From assembly GCA_965247505.1 (NCBI GenBank), contig OZ252020.1, forward strand, positions 2,539,719 through 2,603,718: 64,000 nucleotides of DNA, written 5' to 3'. Under the pieces are notes generated by a model. The model searched no databases and had not been told where the DNA came from. It saw only the letters and a program-made list of their open reading frames with translations. A program made the translations under genes and the position numbers. Numbering within the stretch: position 1 is the first letter of the stretch; every line of letters starts with the position of its first letter. Shown piece after piece: positions 60,697 to 64,000 of this stretch. This DNA comes from Micropepsaceae bacterium (GTDB lineage: Bacteria > Pseudomonadota > Alphaproteobacteria > Micropepsales > Micropepsaceae).

Positions 60697-61560
60697 CTAG
60701 CTCAAATGCTCCTCGAAGAACGCCAAGGAGCGGCTCCACGCGAGCGCGGCGGCTTGCGGATGGTAGCGCACCTGCGTGTCGTCGTTGAAGGCGTGCTGCG
60801 CGCCTTCATAAGTATGCAGCGTGTAGGATTTTCCTGCGGCCTGAAGTGCGGCTTCATAGCCCGGCAACATCGCGCCGATCCGCGTATCAATGGTGGGATC
60901 GGCATAGTTGAGCAGCAAAGGCGCTTGGATTTTGGGCACGTCCGCTGCATCCGGCACCGCGCCGTAATAGGGAACCGCGGCGCTTAACAGCGGATCGGCC
61001 ACCGCTGTGCGATTGACCACACCGCCGCCCCAGCAATAGCCGGTGATCCCGACCTTGCCGTTGGAGTCTGCTCGGCCGCGCAGCCAATTCGCCGTGGCAA
61101 CTGCGTCGGCCACGGTCTCAACCGGATCGAGATCGGAGGCGCGGCGTTCGGAATTAAACTCGGGCGCCGGCGTTCCACCCAGCGGCGAAAGGAAATCCAC
61201 GCCCAGGCCATTATAACCTTCCTTGGCAAAGCGCCGTGCAATGTCTTCGACATGGGCATTAAGCCCGCGATTGCCGTGAACGATGATGACCGAGCCGCGT
61301 TGGGCGGCGCCTTCGCGTGGCTGCGCCAAATAGCCCTTCACCTCGCCGGTTGCGCCGGGATAGCTCACATTTTCGGTGCTGATCGTCGGATCGTCTTCCG
61401 GGACCGTTACGGCCAGCGCGTCATTAGAGAAGAACAAGGGCAGCACGGCCGCGGCAGCCGCGGTGCTCCCCAACAATTTCGCAGCGCGGCTCAAAAACAG
61501 CCGGCGGTCGAAATGGGTATGTTCGAAATCGTCGTAAAGATCGATGAGCCGTTGGTCCAT
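60697..61560 (-). CDS. Dienelactone hydrolase family protein with a Tat signal
   Basis: The start is assigned to the ATG at 61560 (MDQRLIDLY...). The sequence RRLFLSRAAKLLGSTAAAAAVLPLFF is a twin-arginine signal. The nucleophile motif GYCWGG is present. Confidence 0.75.
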   Translation of the reverse strand: MDQRLIDLYDDFEHTHFDRRLFLSRAAKLLGSTAAAAAVLPLFFSNDALAVTVPEDDPTISTENVSYPGATGEVKGYLAQPREGAAQRGSVIIVHGNRGLNAHVEDIARRFAKEGYNGLGVDFLSPLGGTPAPEFNSERRASDLDPVETVADAVATANWLRGRADSNGKVGITGYCWGGGVVNRTAVADPLLSAAVPYYGAVPDAADVPKIQAPLLLNYADPTIDTRIGAMLPGYEAALQAAGKSYTLHTYEGAQHAFNDDTQVRYHPQAAALAWSRSLAFFEEHLS

Positions 61561-61865
61561 GACGCGTATCCTTCTCTGTTCCCTGTGTAGCCTATAGCAC
61601 AATTAAAACCGCGCCGGGACTGACCAAAACCGTGTTGCTAGCACCATTTTGAATGCGAAACGCGAGGAGCGTCTCTCCAATAAATGTCCCTTTGAGAGTG
61701 TTGGTTTGGCGCCGTTCTATCCCACATCGAAAGGGGGTGTAGCCCTTAAGAAAATGCCAGCCCGTATCCCGTAGATTGTGCCACCTAAGTCTCACCTATC
61801 GGCTTTTGGCCAAAAGCGGACAAATTGCGTTGCTCGGGAGCCCAGACAAAAGCGGTAGGCCGGAT

Positions 61866-62606
61866 TCAACGGACCGAAAATGCATAGGTCAATCCAAAAC
61901 GCACCTCGGTCTCGGGAGCGCCATTTACATCGGCCTGCCGCACGGCGAAATCGAAAGCGAGATCATCGCGAGCCTCCCAGATGAACCCGGCAAGGGCGGC
62001 AAAAACTTCCGTGGCATGAAACTCGCGCTCATACACGACTTCCGCAACGGGGCGGACAACCCAATTGCTTGGACCCTCGATAATCGTGCCGAGAAATATT
62101 TCGGCCTTCTCGTCTCGGTTGAGGGCTGCGGCGAAATTGAAGTGAATCGCACCCCAGTCGGCTTCGTGGCCAATGATGCCGGCCCATTCAAGTCCGAGCC
62201 CCGCTTCGTCATTGACGCCCGGCAGTAATACGCCGAATTCGGTGGCAATGCTCGGTCCCAACTTCCCTTGAAGCGAACCCTCATGCACCACCGTTTTGAG
62301 AAAAAACGCATTGCCGACCAATGTGCTGGAGGCCCCGGCGCTTTGCGGATGCTCGACTTCTCCCTCTAGGACGAGCTCCCAATACTCCGCAAATCCATAG
62401 TTGAATTTCAGTGCCGGCCCGATCCAAACATCACCCGAATCGTCATGGCGAAAGCTAAACGGGCTCGCTTCAATTTCGAACTCGCCGGGATCTGCCACCG
62501 AGGGGTCGGTCGAATCGAAAGGCCGGTAGGCAAAGGCAGGCGAATACCAGCCAACCACTCCGGCCGCGAGCATTGCGAAAAACGAAACTTTACTTATCGC
62601 GCGCAT
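61866..62606 (-). CDS. Probable outer-membrane beta-barrel protein (phenol-degradation MetA-like, tentative)
   Basis: Signal peptide MRAISKVSFFAMLAAGVVGWYSPAFA. Alternating amphipathic strands, ending in an aromatic-rich C-terminal strand (LTYAFSVR). Confidence 0.4.
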   Translation of the reverse strand: MRAISKVSFFAMLAAGVVGWYSPAFAYRPFDSTDPSVADPGEFEIEASPFSFRHDDSGDVWIGPALKFNYGFAEYWELVLEGEVEHPQSAGASSTLVGNAFFLKTVVHEGSLQGKLGPSIATEFGVLLPGVNDEAGLGLEWAGIIGHEADWGAIHFNFAAALNRDEKAEIFLGTIIEGPSNWVVRPVAEVVYEREFHATEVFAALAGFIWEARDDLAFDFAVRQADVNGAPETEVRFGLTYAFSVR

Positions 62607-62644
62607 TAACGCCCTTCCACCTGCCGACATATTTATCATTACCG

Positions 62645-64000
62645 TCAGGGAGCAACGCGCCAGGGGGATCTATCCAACCACGTTCTCAAGGCCGCGCTTG
62701 CCCATGCGGTTGTTTCGTCTGTGTGGCAAACATTGCATGCGTTTGGAATGTCCAACCCGTCTGTCTCGCTTGGCGGCACGAAGTGAAAGGTATGGCTACT
62801 CACACTGACATTGGCGATTGTCCGCGCAATTTTTGGCATGTGGCAGGCGACGCACTCGCTACCGGTACTTCCCGGTTCGTGATGCGTGTGCTCCTCAATC
62901 GAGGCGGCGCGAGGTCCGTTCTGTGCGTTCGGTGCATGACAGCTCATGCATATTTCGTTGGCCGGCTGACGCAGCATCGCCTCGTTCTCGGTGCCGTGGG
63001 GATCGTGACAGGAAAAGCAAGTGACGCCGCGCTCATACATTGCGCTCTGCACATAATCATTGCCCTGCATCCGGTTCTTGTGGGCAGTCCCGTCGGCATA
63101 GTGGGTGAAACTTTCTTCGCCGAGCTCATGCTCTTCAAGCTTCCAGAAATCGGCCAAGTCCAACCCCACATGATAGCCAACAGCCCAGTCGTAATAGGTA
63201 TCGGAAATCGGGTTATCGAGAGGCTGGCCCTGGGAATGGCAACGGATGCAGGTGTCGTTGGCCTGAACATAGTCCATCAATGCCGGATTGAGGATGTTGG
63301 CACGAAGGGGCTCCTCGACATGCGCCGAGCCGGCGCCGTGGCAACCCTCACAGCCGACATTCCATTCGGTCACTGTCTTGGTTGCGATGTCATAATTTAC
63401 CGAGTGACAACCATCGCATAAAGGGCCGGTGGGACGCTGAAAATTATCCGGCGGGTAATGCTCGGTCCACCAATCGGTACCATCGGCTACGAAATACCGA
63501 CGCCATGTTTCATTTTCAATGTCCCATTGTGCAGGGTAGGGGAAGAAATCGTCTCCAATCCTGGTGAAGTAACGTTGCTTCCAGCCGCTCCCATAGACGA
63601 GCGCAATATCGTCTTCAGTAAAATTGAGCAGCGGATCGGGAATAGAGAGATCGGGGATAATCGCGTCGGGATGTTCCCTCGGGTCGCGAACGACATTTGC
63701 CATCCGCGAATTGCTCCAACGCTCATAGGTTTCTTCGTGGCATTCCTGACAGGTAGATGATCCGACATAGTCTGCAGCCAAAACGGCTTCCTGCTGAGCC
63801 GTCACAATCGCGTCGGGAGAAAGTGGAGCAACGCTTGGCAAATTGCGTATGAACGTGACGAGCTGCCACAATTCCTCATCGGGCATATCCCAGGCGGGCA
63901 TCCCGGTGTTCCGGATGCCATTTCTGATATGATAGAAAATTTCGCCAGCGGCTATCGACGCAAGACTCATTGAGCGCAGCGTTGGCGTCCGCGGAAATTG
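62645..64000 (-). CDS. Multiheme cytochrome c with 8 CxxCH motifs in view. The N-terminus lies beyond the window end.
   Basis: CQECH, CDGCH, CEGCH, CIRCH, CFSCH, CMSCH, CVACH and CNVCH are all present. The reading frame stays open upstream of the ATG at 63970, through a monoheme-cytochrome-like ...NTGMPAW segment to position 64000. Confidence 0.75.
   Translation of the reverse strand, partial: QFPRTPTLRSMSLASIAAGEIFYHIRNGIRNTGMPAWDMPDEELWQLVTFIRNLPSVAPLSPDAIVTAQQEAVLAADYVGSSTCQECHEETYERWSNSRMANVVRDPREHPDAIIPDLSIPDPLLNFTEDDIALVYGSGWKQRYFTRIGDDFFPYPAQWDIENETWRRYFVADGTDWWTEHYPPDNFQRPTGPLCDGCHSVNYDIATKTVTEWNVGCEGCHGAGSAHVEEPLRANILNPALMDYVQANDTCIRCHSQGQPLDNPISDTYYDWAVGYHVGLDLADFWKLEEHELGEESFTHYADGTAHKNRMQGNDYVQSAMYERGVTCFSCHDPHGTENEAMLRQPANEICMSCHAPNAQNGPRAASIEEHTHHEPGSTGSECVACHMPKIARTIANVSVSSHTFHFVPPSETDGLDIPNACNVCHTDETTAWASAALRTWLDRSPWRVAP

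Overview
This 64 kb window is from a high-GC chromosome with alphaproteobacterial gene content and synteny. A conserved housekeeping block occupies roughly 33.4-57.2 kb: a SAM methyltransferase, groES-groEL with a CIRCE operator, a class-III aminotransferase, an OmpA-family lipoprotein, ribF, ileS, lspA, two M16 peptidases, pgi, mutL, rsmD, dsbD and an MFS transporter. It is flanked on both sides by accessory DNA (0-33.4 kb and 57.2-64 kb). The accessory part carries an expanded family of signal-peptide-bearing paralogs: eight copies plus a 5' remnant, with shared motifs W-Y-G-E-S-x-G-H-[YFW]-E-G-D-x-L-[VI]-I-D-T-I-G and P-H-[ST]-[ED]-x-L-H-[VI]-V-E-R-[YW]. Two small secreted proteins whose predicted mature N-terminus is His-His-Ser-His (HHSHAMFD) sit immediately upstream of family members. 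Other accessory genes are beta-propeller/NHL proteins, an MBL-fold hydrolase, a Rieske oxygenase with a MarR regulator, a periplasmic Mo-oxidoreductase (2Fe-2S subunit plus Tat-signal Mo subunit) and a multiheme cytochrome c truncated at the window edge. The same region is heavily rearranged. An IS1182-family element and an IS256-family element (the latter inside a PAS sensor histidine kinase, with an 8-bp target duplication) both have transposase genes carrying in-frame stop codons. There are 176-bp direct repeats, 320-bp inverted repeats flanking a 5.4-kb gene block, 60-bp imperfect inverted repeats and a recurring GAGCGGACAT motif at the junctions. A tRNA-His(GTG) of the alphaproteobacterial type (no encoded G-1, A73) abuts this region. 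No rRNA genes or CRISPR arrays were seen.
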